Shown here: positions 18,828 through 27,362 of the stretch, in pieces
How positions within the stretch are numbered: the stretch's first letter is position 1
Layout: every line of letters starts with the position of its first letter
Origin: Deltaproteobacteria bacterium
Lineage (GTDB): Bacteria; Myxococcota; Kuafuiibacteriia; Kuafuiibacteriales; Kuafuiibacteriaceae
Reading direction: 5' to 3'
DNA length: 32,874 nt
Assembly: GCA_040218735.1 (NCBI GenBank)
Contig: JAVJQW010000026.1
Location: forward strand, 1 to 32,874
Position numbers and translations under genes: made by a program
The notes under the pieces: model-generated
The model's input: the letters and a program-made list of their open reading frames with translations, nothing else
The model's database searches: none
What the model was told of the DNA's origin: nothing

Positions 18828-20546
18828 ATGCCCCGAACCACGTTCATGAAATCGAGCACACTGTTCCTCTTCGCGGCCGCGGTCGCGTACGCGCCGACGG
18901 CGTCGGCGCAGACGAAGACCGCGACGACCACCAAGATGAAGATGCCCGAAGACGGCGGCCCGCTCCCGCGCGCGACGATGCCGGAAGGCGGCGTCGGCGA
19001 CACCTCCGGCGGGACGCCGGACACGCTGCCGCGCGCGAAGATGCCGGAGGGCGGGGCGAACCTGCACTGCCACCTGCACGAGCACCACGGCGTCGAGCAC
19101 TCGCACTGCCACGAGCACGCCGAGAGCGAAGGTCACGATCACGACCACGCCGCGGACGAGCACTGCCACGAGCACGAACACGACGGCTCGGTGCATTCAC
19201 ACTGTCACGGTCACGCCGAGGGGCGCGCGCACGGACACGACCATCCGGACGGCGTGCACTGCCACGAGCATCAGCACGACGGCGGAACGCCGCACGAGCA
19301 CTGTCACGACGAAGGCGACCCGGAGCACGACCACCACGCCGACGCCGAGGACTGCCACGCGCACGACGGCGAGACGCACTGCCACGAGGGCAAGACGGGG
19401 CACGAGCACCCGACGGGTGAGGAGGACTGCCACGAGCACGACGGCGACACCCACTGCCACGACGGCGAGGACGGTCACGATCACGACATGAAGAAGCCGG
19501 TCGCCGGCGCGACCGCGGACATGTTGCTCGGCGGAACCGGGATGGCGCTGCGCTGGAACGGTTACCTGCGCGCGGTGACGGAGTTCATCGAGAACGACCC
19601 GCGCAGCACGTTCATCGGTCGTAACGACGGCTTCAAGCTGATCAACGCGCGACTCGGTGTGCGCGCCTCGAAGGGCAACTTCTTCTCGTACGTGTCGTTC
19701 GACGCGGCGGCCGGCGAGCGCGAGCGCTTCAACGATCCGAACGTGCGCTTCGGGATGCGGCTCCGCGACGCGTACCTCGCGTACGACCTGTCGCAGTACG
19801 CGGACATCTTCGCCGGGCGGTTCAAGACGCCGTACGACCTCGCCAGCCTCAAGGCGACAGGTGCGCTCACCTTCATCGATCGCCCGGTGTACTCGCGCGG
19901 CGTCCTGCCCGGGACGGGCTTCGAGGTCGAGGGCATGCAGCAGGGCCGTCAGCTCGGCGTCATGGTCGGCAAGACCCGGATCGGTCTGTCGGAGGACGGC
20001 TTCGACATCGGCTACGCGCTCGCGCTGACGAACGGCAACACCGGCGGCCTCGCGCTCAACGACAACGACCGCCCCGCGCTGTTCGGGCGCGTGTCGGCGC
20101 ACTACGGCGACCTCGTGAGCCTCAACGTCGGCGGCTTCACGGACGCGCGCACGGTGGGTGAGCTGCCCGACCTGTTCGACGAAGACGTGAGCGGCACGGA
20201 GGTCTCGGCGCACGCGAACGTGTTCGGCTTCGAGCTCGAGGCGCAGCTGTTGTTCATCACCACGAGCTTCGACGGCGCGCGCCCCAGCGTGAATTCGCTG
20301 GGACTCCACGCGCAGTGGGCCTACACGATCTGGGGCGTGACGTTTGCGTACCGGTTCGCGTGGTACGAGCCGAACACCACGGACCTCGACGACGCAGACC
20401 AGCGCACCGAGCACACCATCGGCGTCGCTTACGGCTTGGAAGGTCTGCCCCTCACGTTCATCCTGAACGGGACGGTGGCGGGTGAGCAGCAGGGCCGGCA
20501 GGTCGACAACAACCGGCTCGCGCTGCTCGCGCAGTTCATCTTCTGA
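18828..20546 (+). CDS. Outer-membrane porin (OprO/P-like) with N-terminal His/Cys-rich repeat domain
   Basis: Signal peptide ending ASA; DGFKLINARLG, LRDAYLAY, GRFKTPY, FIDR, GRQLGVM, ALTNG; ends LAQFIF (beta-barrel terminal Phe). Start 18828 or 18846. Confidence 0.82.
   Translation: MPRTTFMKSSTLFLFAAAVAYAPTASAQTKTATTTKMKMPEDGGPLPRATMPEGGVGDTSGGTPDTLPRAKMPEGGANLHCHLHEHHGVEHSHCHEHAESEGHDHDHAADEHCHEHEHDGSVHSHCHGHAEGRAHGHDHPDGVHCHEHQHDGGTPHEHCHDEGDPEHDHHADAEDCHAHDGETHCHEGKTGHEHPTGEEDCHEHDGDTHCHDGEDGHDHDMKKPVAGATADMLLGGTGMALRWNGYLRAVTEFIENDPRSTFIGRNDGFKLINARLGVRASKGNFFSYVSFDAAAGERERFNDPNVRFGMRLRDAYLAYDLSQYADIFAGRFKTPYDLASLKATGALTFIDRPVYSRGVLPGTGFEVEGMQQGRQLGVMVGKTRIGLSEDGFDIGYALALTNGNTGGLALNDNDRPALFGRVSAHYGDLVSLNVGGFTDARTVGELPDLFDEDVSGTEVSAHANVFGFELEAQLLFITTSFDGARPSVNSLGLHAQWAYTIWGVTFAYRFAWYEPNTTDLDDADQRTEHTIGVAYGLEGLPLTFILNGTVAGEQQGRQVDNNRLALLAQFIF
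19065..19487 (+). repeat. Five tandem His/Cys protein repeats (32, 32, 31, 25 and 21 aa), each with two CH motifs
   Basis: Counted from the translation: 141 aa with 45 His and 10 Cys. Confidence 0.92.
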
Positions 20547-20557
20547 TGGGAGCCGCG

Positions 20558-23500
20558 ATGCGACGTGTTCTGTGGATAGCCGCCGTGTTGGCGGTCGCGG
20601 GCTGCAAACAGGACGACATGAAGGTCGTCGCGAAGAAGGTGCAGAACCGCGCCGATCTGATCGGCGGTCCCGGCGCGCTCGGCGACGTCGGTGACTTCCT
20701 GCTCGCGAATGAACAGGCGCGGTTCATCATCCAGGACATCGGCCCGTCGCGCGGGTTCGGCGTCTACGGTGGCTCGCTGATCGACGCGGATCTCCAGCGA
20801 CCGGTCGTCGCGGGCGACAGCTCGGGCGGCATCGGCGCGGACAACTTCTCTGAGCTGTTCCCGGGGCTGTTCCTCAAGGCGATGAACCCGACGCGCATCG
20901 AGCCGGTCCAGAACGAGGACGGCTCGGCGTCGATCGTCGTGAACGGCGAAGCCGGCGACTTCATCTTCCTCGCGAAGACGATCAACGACGTCATCATCAC
21001 CGGCGCCGAGCAGCTCGTGTTCCGCAACGAGTACCGGCTGCGGCCGGGGAAGCGGTACGTGGAGATCACCACGACGATCCGCAATATCGGCGACACCTCC
21101 GTGGAGCTCCCGGACAGCGGCGTGAACTCGCTGATCGGCGACGACCTCTCGTTCCCGCTCCCCGTCGGCGATGTGATCCTGTTCGGCGCGGGCAACGACG
21201 TGTTCTCGGAGCAGGCCGGCTTCGACATGCGCTTCACGCTCGAGGACTCCTACGAGATCCCGGTGCAGCTCCCGCAGCTCCCCGGGTTGCGCACGCCGTT
21301 CCTCGCGACGCGCAGCCCCGACATCTCGTACGGCTTTCTGTCCGGCATCACCGACCCGAACCTCTCGTTCGTGCAGCGCGCCGAGTACGAAGACGCCAAC
21401 ACCGACGACCTCCTCGTGCCCTTCCTCGCGTCCGCGTTCACCGGCGCCTTCTACGGCGCGGCGCCGACGCGGCTGTCGTCGCGCGAGGACTCGTTCCCGT
21501 CGTGTTCGTCGCCGTCGGACTGCGGCTCGAACGGGACGTGCACGCCGCTCGGGTGTGAGATCGCGTGCGACGCCGACAACCTGTGCGACGCCGGATACCA
21601 GTGCGTCGAAGGCACCTGCACCGCGAGCGCGTTCTCGTACTCGAAGTACTTCGTCGTCGGGCGCGGCGACGTCGCGTCGATCCGCGACGTCGTGCACGAC
21701 ATCCGGCAGACGCCGGTCGGGACCGTGGAGGGCGTCGTGCTGGAGCGGTTCGGGCAGGCGCCCGAGGTGGGCGTCGACGTCCTGACCTTCGACGCCGACG
21801 GCTCGCCGTACTCGCAACACACCACGGACGGCGAAGGCCGGTTCCGCGGGACGTACGCACCCGGCACCTACTCGTACCGCGTCAGCGCGGACGGTCGGTT
21901 CCCGACGAAGGCCGTCGACTTCGAGGTCCGCACGAACGAAGGCACCTTCCTGCAGATCGATCTCGACTCCCCGGGCGAGGTCTCGGTGCGCATCGTCGAC
22001 CGCGACACCGGCGAGCTGATCCCCGGCAAGTGCTCCCTCGTCGCGACCTACGGCGCGGCCGCGACGGGCTTCGAGGGGCGCGAGTTCCTCTACGAGCTCC
22101 AGCTCGGCGAGCGGCTGCGTCCGATCGATCTCATCCCGGACGGCGTCGACCCGATGACCCGCCGCTACGTCGAGGAGGTCATCATCGCGCGCAACGGTCG
22201 GCAGAAGACCCGCATTCGTCCGGGCAAGTATCGCGCGTACTGCTCGCGCGGGATGGAGTACGACGTCTACGAAGAGGACATCGAGGTCGTGCCGCGCTCC
22301 GTCGTCACGGTGAACGCGGAGCTGTCGCGCGTCGTCGACACCACGGGCTGGGCGTCCGGTGACTTCCACCTGCACTCGATCAACTCGGTCGACTCGTTCA
22401 CGCCGCTGCGGGATCGCGTGGGGCACGTCGCCGCGGAGGGCGTCGACGTCGCGGTGTCGACGGACCACAACTTCGTCACCGACTACACACGCGCGATCTC
22501 CTCGCTGGGGATCGAGCGGTTCGTGCAGGGCATGGTCGGGTTGGAGATGAGCCCGCTGGAGATCGGGCACTTCAACGGCTTCCCGCTGAAGTACGAGCCG
22601 GAGGCGGTGGGGAACGGCTCCTTCCCGTGGTCCGGGCGGCGCCCCGACGAGCTGTTCGCGGAGTTCCGCGCGCTCGCGAAGTACGGCGAGGACAACGTCA
22701 TCATCCAGGTGAACCACCCGCGCGACACGATCCTCGGGTACTTCAACGACTACAACGTGAACCCGGACACCGGCGTGCCGGAGCCGTCGACGGACCTGCT
22801 GCTGTCGCCGCCGATCACGGACGACAACGAGTTCGGTCCGGAGAAGTTCTCGTGGGACTTCGACGCAATCGAGGTCTACAACGGCAAGCGCTACGAGCTG
22901 CTGAGGCACTACCGCGTGCCCGAGCAGCTCCCGCCGCCGCCGCTGCCCGCCGACATCCCGCCGGCCGGGACCATCCTGCGCGACGCCGACGGTCAGATCG
23001 CGTTCCCCGGGGGGCTCGAGGACTGGTTCCTGCTGCTCAACCAGGGCCGCATCTACACGGGCACCGGCAACAGCGACACGCACAGCCTCGCCGACGAGCC
23101 GGGCATCCCGCGCACGTTCGTGCCGGTGTCGGACGACACGCCGAGCACGATCGACGAGCTGGAGATCGTGGACGCGCTGAAGAACCAGCGGGCGTTCGCG
23201 ACGAGCGGTCCGTTCTCCTTGGTACGCGCCGAGAGCGAAGGTTGTTTCAACCGTCGCACGGGCGCCGACCTGTCGCGCACCGCGTGCGGGATGGGCGAGG
23301 TCGCGCGGGCGACGGACGGTCGGCTCACGCTGGTCGTCGACACGCAGACGGCGCCGTGGGTGAAGATCGATCGGGTTCGCTTCGTGGTGAACGGCGACAC
23401 CAACGCCACCGTCGAGGGGGACCGGGTCTCGCTCGCGAAGGTGACGCACGAGATCACCGGGATGGAGCGCGACGGGTGGGTGATCGTCGAGATCATCGGC

Positions 23501-23842
23501 GACGAGTCGATGTTCCCGATCATCGTCCCCAACGAGCTGCCCGCGATTCAGGTGAGTGACGCGCTGGGGTCGATCGGTGGTGCGTTCGGCTTCGACCTCA
23601 ACCCCTTCGGCAACCTGTCGCCGTCGCAAGTCACGTTGACGACGCCCTACGCGTTCTCGAACCCGATCTTCATCGACGTCGACGGCAACGGCGCCTACGA
23701 CGCGCCGATGGCCGGGATGCAGGCGCTCAGCGCTTCGATCGCGCGGCCGGGTGTGAACGCCAAGCGGTTCGATCCGCACGGGATGCCGGAGCTCATGAAG
23801 GTCTTCGCGTTGTTCGCGAGCGGGTGCGGGCATTCACATTAA
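20558..23842 (+). CDS. CehA/McbA-family PHP metallohydrolase lipoprotein
   Basis: Lipobox VAGC; DLIGGPGALGDVGDFLLAN; carboxypeptidase-regulatory-like domains; PHP motifs GDFHLHS, STDHN, GHFN, QVNHPR, IEVYNG, GNSDTH. Confidence 0.88.
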   Translation: MRRVLWIAAVLAVAGCKQDDMKVVAKKVQNRADLIGGPGALGDVGDFLLANEQARFIIQDIGPSRGFGVYGGSLIDADLQRPVVAGDSSGGIGADNFSELFPGLFLKAMNPTRIEPVQNEDGSASIVVNGEAGDFIFLAKTINDVIITGAEQLVFRNEYRLRPGKRYVEITTTIRNIGDTSVELPDSGVNSLIGDDLSFPLPVGDVILFGAGNDVFSEQAGFDMRFTLEDSYEIPVQLPQLPGLRTPFLATRSPDISYGFLSGITDPNLSFVQRAEYEDANTDDLLVPFLASAFTGAFYGAAPTRLSSREDSFPSCSSPSDCGSNGTCTPLGCEIACDADNLCDAGYQCVEGTCTASAFSYSKYFVVGRGDVASIRDVVHDIRQTPVGTVEGVVLERFGQAPEVGVDVLTFDADGSPYSQHTTDGEGRFRGTYAPGTYSYRVSADGRFPTKAVDFEVRTNEGTFLQIDLDSPGEVSVRIVDRDTGELIPGKCSLVATYGAAATGFEGREFLYELQLGERLRPIDLIPDGVDPMTRRYVEEVIIARNGRQKTRIRPGKYRAYCSRGMEYDVYEEDIEVVPRSVVTVNAELSRVVDTTGWASGDFHLHSINSVDSFTPLRDRVGHVAAEGVDVAVSTDHNFVTDYTRAISSLGIERFVQGMVGLEMSPLEIGHFNGFPLKYEPEAVGNGSFPWSGRRPDELFAEFRALAKYGEDNVIIQVNHPRDTILGYFNDYNVNPDTGVPEPSTDLLLSPPITDDNEFGPEKFSWDFDAIEVYNGKRYELLRHYRVPEQLPPPPLPADIPPAGTILRDADGQIAFPGGLEDWFLLLNQGRIYTGTGNSDTHSLADEPGIPRTFVPVSDDTPSTIDELEIVDALKNQRAFATSGPFSLVRAESEGCFNRRTGADLSRTACGMGEVARATDGRLTLVVDTQTAPWVKIDRVRFVVNGDTNATVEGDRVSLAKVTHEITGMERDGWVIVEIIGDESMFPIIVPNELPAIQVSDALGSIGGAFGFDLNPFGNLSPSQVTLTTPYAFSNPIFIDVDGNGAYDAPMAGMQALSASIARPGVNAKRFDPHGMPELMKVFALFASGCGHSH

Positions 23843-23861
23843 GCGCGCTTGGCTGGCGGTC

Positions 23862-24377
23862 GTGTTCACGCCCGCGCTCGCGTTCGCGCACACCGGCGGT
23901 GTCGAGCGTTCGCTCGCGCTGGAGGCTTCGAAGGATCGGTTGCACGTCCTCGCGCACGTCGAGGTCAGCGGGAAGCAGCGCATCGAGACCTGGGTGCGGC
24001 TGGTCGACGTGGACCACGACGGCCGGCTGTCGAAGGCGGAGCGCGCGGAGCTGGAGCGGCGGCTCGTCGCACAGGCGTTGGATGGCATCCGGGTGTTCGT
24101 GGGGTCGTCCACGGTGGCGATCGAGGGCGGGCAGAGCGCGCTGAGGCTCGAGACCGGGCAACCGATCGCGTTGATGGTCCACGGGTCGGCGCCGCTCCCG
24201 GGGGGACCGCGCCAGCTGGCGGTCACCACGCGCGCCGGTGGTGCGCCTCTGAAGCTGCTCGTGCGCCCGGGGACCCGCCCCGTGGTGAAGGCTTCGCGCG
24301 GAGCGCCGTCCAAGGGGGGGCTGTCGGTCGAGATGAAGGCCGCAGATCGTGTCTCCTGGCGGATCGCGGGGGAGTGA
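23862..24377 (+). CDS. Small exported protein with EF-hand-like loop; true start may be ATT at 23838
   Basis: ALAFA|H cleavage-like site; DVDHDGRLSKAE; fills the gap between two clear genes. Confidence 0.65.
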   Translation: MFTPALAFAHTGGVERSLALEASKDRLHVLAHVEVSGKQRIETWVRLVDVDHDGRLSKAERAELERRLVAQALDGIRVFVGSSTVAIEGGQSALRLETGQPIALMVHGSAPLPGGPRQLAVTTRAGGAPLKLLVRPGTRPVVKASRGAPSKGGLSVEMKAADRVSWRIAGE

Positions 24378-24430
24378 CGAATGCCAAAAGTGGCTTGTCG
24401 GTCCGGATATGGGAGACTAGTCTGAACGCG

Positions 24431-24826
24431 ATGGAAGCTACCGCAACCGCGACCCCTGAGCTCGACATCGGACACGTCGTCCTGAGCGCCGAGGAAGAGC
24501 CGCCGCTGGTCCTCACGGACAAGGCGATCGAAATGGTGAAGGAGGCGCTCGACGCCGAGAAGCTCGTGGGCCACGGCCTTCGCGTCTACGTGCAGGGCGG
24601 TGGTTGCTCCGGCTTCCAGTACGGCCTCGACTTCGACGACAAGCCGCGCGCCGGCGACTTCGAGATGACGTTCGGCGGGCTCACCGTCTACGTCGACCCG
24701 ATCTCTGCGATGCACCTCGAGGGCACGCAGATCGACTACGTCATGGGCATCTCGGGCGCGGGCTTCAAGTTCAACAACCCGGGCGCCGTCAGCACGTGTG
24801 GCTGCGGCTCCAGCTTCTCCACCTGA
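24431..24826 (+). CDS. erpA: A-type Fe-S cluster carrier (ErpA/IscA, HesB family)
   Basis: LRVYVQGGGCSGFQYGL, IDYV, GFKFNNP, TCGCGSSF. Confidence 0.93.
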   Translation: MEATATATPELDIGHVVLSAEEEPPLVLTDKAIEMVKEALDAEKLVGHGLRVYVQGGGCSGFQYGLDFDDKPRAGDFEMTFGGLTVYVDPISAMHLEGTQIDYVMGISGAGFKFNNPGAVSTCGCGSSFST

Positions 24827-24830
24827 TCTG

Positions 24831-25814
24831 GTGCCAGGCTCCGTCGGCATCGCGCTCCTCCTGGTCGCCGCCTCGGGCAGCGCGCCGGAGTGGACCGCCG
24901 ACGAGATGAAGCAACTCTTCGGCCTCGCGCAGGCATCCGCGCAGGCCCCCGTCGAACAGAAGGACGCGCAGCTGCTCATGATGGCGGCGCGCGCCTACCG
25001 CGTCACGCCGTCGGGGCCCCCGTCGGTCGAGCGGCACGCCGAGCAGATCCTGAAGCAGCGCCACCCGTCGCACCCCGCCGTGAAGGCGGGGCAGTGGCTG
25101 ACCGCGTTGATGCGCCAGTTCTACGCCGACGCCGCCGACCGCTCGGACGCGCTCGCGCGCTTCGAGCGCCACCGGCCGACGCGCAAGTACTTCGAGGACA
25201 TGGCGCAGCAGTCGCGCTCGGCGGCGGACTTCCTCGGCAAACAGATCCAGCTGGTCGTGGAGGGCTTCGAGGACGCGATCGGTGCGCTGCCGATGCTCGG
25301 CGGTGACGAGCCGTCGAAGCGGGGCGCGTTGGTGTTGGTGAAGGGCGACAAGATCGCGATCGAGAACCTCGACCGCACCACCTTCGTGAACGACCAGCCC
25401 AAGGACGCCGAGCCGCGCACGGCGCGGGGCGCGGTCAAGGAGCTGTACTCCGCGCAGAAGCAGTACAACATCCAGTCGAAGATGTTCGGCTCCTACGACC
25501 GCAAGTGGCGCGACAACGGCGGCCACGTGCAGGTCGCGATCCCGGGCGCGAAGCCGGCGATCTATCTGAACGAAGTCGTCAAGGCGGGCGTCCCGGCTGG
25601 GATGCACACGCTTCATTTGATGACGATGACCAAGTCCGGACAGCTGCGGGAGATCGCGATCGCGATCGACAAGGCCGGCCTGAAGAAGGCGCGCAAGCGG
25701 AAGGCGAAGGTCACCAAGGTCCGCTGCGACGATCAGATGCCGATGGACGCCTGCGCGCAGCGCATCAAACACGCGATGGCCCAGGGGCGCTCCGCGTTGT
25801 TCGAAGTGAAGTAG
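24831..25814 (+). CDS. Hypothetical exported protein (C-terminal part weakly ExbD/TolR-like)
   Basis: Hydrophobic N-terminus and normal amino-acid composition; VQVAIPGAKPAIYLNEVVKAGVPAG recalls an ExbD periplasmic fold (weak). Confidence 0.6.
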   Translation: MPGSVGIALLLVAASGSAPEWTADEMKQLFGLAQASAQAPVEQKDAQLLMMAARAYRVTPSGPPSVERHAEQILKQRHPSHPAVKAGQWLTALMRQFYADAADRSDALARFERHRPTRKYFEDMAQQSRSAADFLGKQIQLVVEGFEDAIGALPMLGGDEPSKRGALVLVKGDKIAIENLDRTTFVNDQPKDAEPRTARGAVKELYSAQKQYNIQSKMFGSYDRKWRDNGGHVQVAIPGAKPAIYLNEVVKAGVPAGMHTLHLMTMTKSGQLREIAIAIDKAGLKKARKRKAKVTKVRCDDQMPMDACAQRIKHAMAQGRSALFEVK

Positions 25815-25847
25815 GCCTGGGGCGACGCCTGCGCTAGGGTGAGCCTG

Positions 25848-27362
25848 ATGAGCGGCGACCGCTCGGACGAAGGTGCGCCCCTGGAGGTCACCGAGGAGAC
25901 CCGCGCGCTCGGGGCGGACGACGATGCGTCGTCCGGGTTCGTCGACACGTCCGACCTGTTGCCCGAGCCGGAGCCCGTCGTGGATCCGGTGGTCACCGCC
26001 GGTCAGCCGTGGGCGGAGACCACGCCCGCCAACGCCGAGGAGGAGCAGGTCCTCGTGGAGCGCGCGCCGTCGGCGCAGTGGCTCGACGTCGATGACGTCG
26101 AGGTGGTGAGCGCGCCGCCGAAGCGCGACATCCCGAGCATCGTGCCGAGCACTTCGTTCGAGGACGCGCCGAGCCTGAGCGCTTCGCTCGAGCTCGACGA
26201 CGGGTTCGCGGAGACGATCGCACGGGTGCCGGTCGTCGACGCGGACGCGGGCGCGTCGGCGTTCGACGCGCAGCTCGGCGAGGCGCTCGGGGAAGGTGTC
26301 CCGGCCGACGACCTCGTGATCGAGCCGGCGCCGTTCGATCCCTCGCCGCCGGATCCGGCGCCGTTCGATCCGACGCCCGACCTCGACGGGAGTGACTCGG
26401 TCGGGCTCGTGCCGACCAGCGACGCCGAGGTGTGGGCCGAAGAGGTCCCCGAGCCTTTGGAGGCCGAGTGGGCCGTCGATGCGTCGGCGGATGCCTCCGA
26501 GGACGCCACGTCGATCTTCGCGGCGGAGCTGTCGAACTGGAGTCCGCCGGTGGTGCAGGACGACCCGGCGCCGGAGATCACGCCGAGCTTCGCGCCGACG
26601 CCGCTGTCGCAGCTCGAGGTGACGCCGAGCTTCGCGCCGGAGCCGGCGGAGATCGAGCACATCGAGGAAGCCGAGGACGCGGACGCGTACCTCGGCGACG
26701 GTCCGTTCGCGGCGCCGGTGGACGCGCCGCCGCCGACCGCGGATCGTTTCGCGCGCGAGCTTCAGCAGCACCCGCCGATGGCGTCACGGCACGCGCCGCT
26801 CGGTCGTCTGCAGCGGGAGCGCTCCGTCGGTGTCGATCAGTCGATTCGTTTCGAGCGCCGCGCGCAGCAGCGTCGCGCGACCCCCGTCCCGTCTTCGCCC
26901 GCGAAGGCCAAGGTCGCGGCGAAGGTCGCGAGCAAGAAGGTCCCGCGGCGTTATCCGAAGATGCTCGCGCTGCTCCGCGATCCCGACACCGTGCCGATGG
27001 GGAACGCGGCGCCCGAGCCCGAGGTTCAGCCGCCCGTGCCGGGGACGTTCTTCCCGGCCGCCAAACCTCCGCGTCCGACGCCGGCGCCCGCGGATCTCGA
27101 TGGTCTCCTCGCGACGATGGCGGAGGGGCTGTTGATCGGCGAGACGCCGGAGGGGGAGACCGAGGTTCGGGTCACGCTGAAGGACGAGTTCTTCGCGGGG
27201 ACGGAGCTGCGCATCACGCTCGGCGCCGGCAAGCTCAAGGCGACACTCGTGCCGCCGGACCGTGAGATCTATTGGCAGCTCGCGGGCAACGTGGATGCGC
27301 TGCGCGATCGCCTCACCGGGCGTGGCCTGTCGGTCACCGAGATCACCGTCGCGGACCCATGA
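25848..27362 (+). CDS. Acidic Pro-rich protein with C-terminal FliK/YscP/HrpP-like (T3S4) domain
   Basis: Long D/E/P/A-rich, probably disordered region followed by EVRVTLKDEFFAGTELRITLGAGKLKATL...LRDRLTGRGLSVTEITV. Start 25839 or 25848. Confidence 0.68.
   Translation: MSGDRSDEGAPLEVTEETRALGADDDASSGFVDTSDLLPEPEPVVDPVVTAGQPWAETTPANAEEEQVLVERAPSAQWLDVDDVEVVSAPPKRDIPSIVPSTSFEDAPSLSASLELDDGFAETIARVPVVDADAGASAFDAQLGEALGEGVPADDLVIEPAPFDPSPPDPAPFDPTPDLDGSDSVGLVPTSDAEVWAEEVPEPLEAEWAVDASADASEDATSIFAAELSNWSPPVVQDDPAPEITPSFAPTPLSQLEVTPSFAPEPAEIEHIEEAEDADAYLGDGPFAAPVDAPPPTADRFARELQQHPPMASRHAPLGRLQRERSVGVDQSIRFERRAQQRRATPVPSSPAKAKVAAKVASKKVPRRYPKMLALLRDPDTVPMGNAAPEPEVQPPVPGTFFPAAKPPRPTPAPADLDGLLATMAEGLLIGETPEGETEVRVTLKDEFFAGTELRITLGAGKLKATLVPPDREIYWQLAGNVDALRDRLTGRGLSVTEITVADP

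Noticed and set aside
20429-23833. 1134-aa antisense ORF, and similar long ORFs such as 4026..5975, 24789..26771 and 27876..29852
   Set aside because: Arg/Pro/Ala-rich shadow frames of well-supported genes, expected in high-GC DNA with few stop codons.
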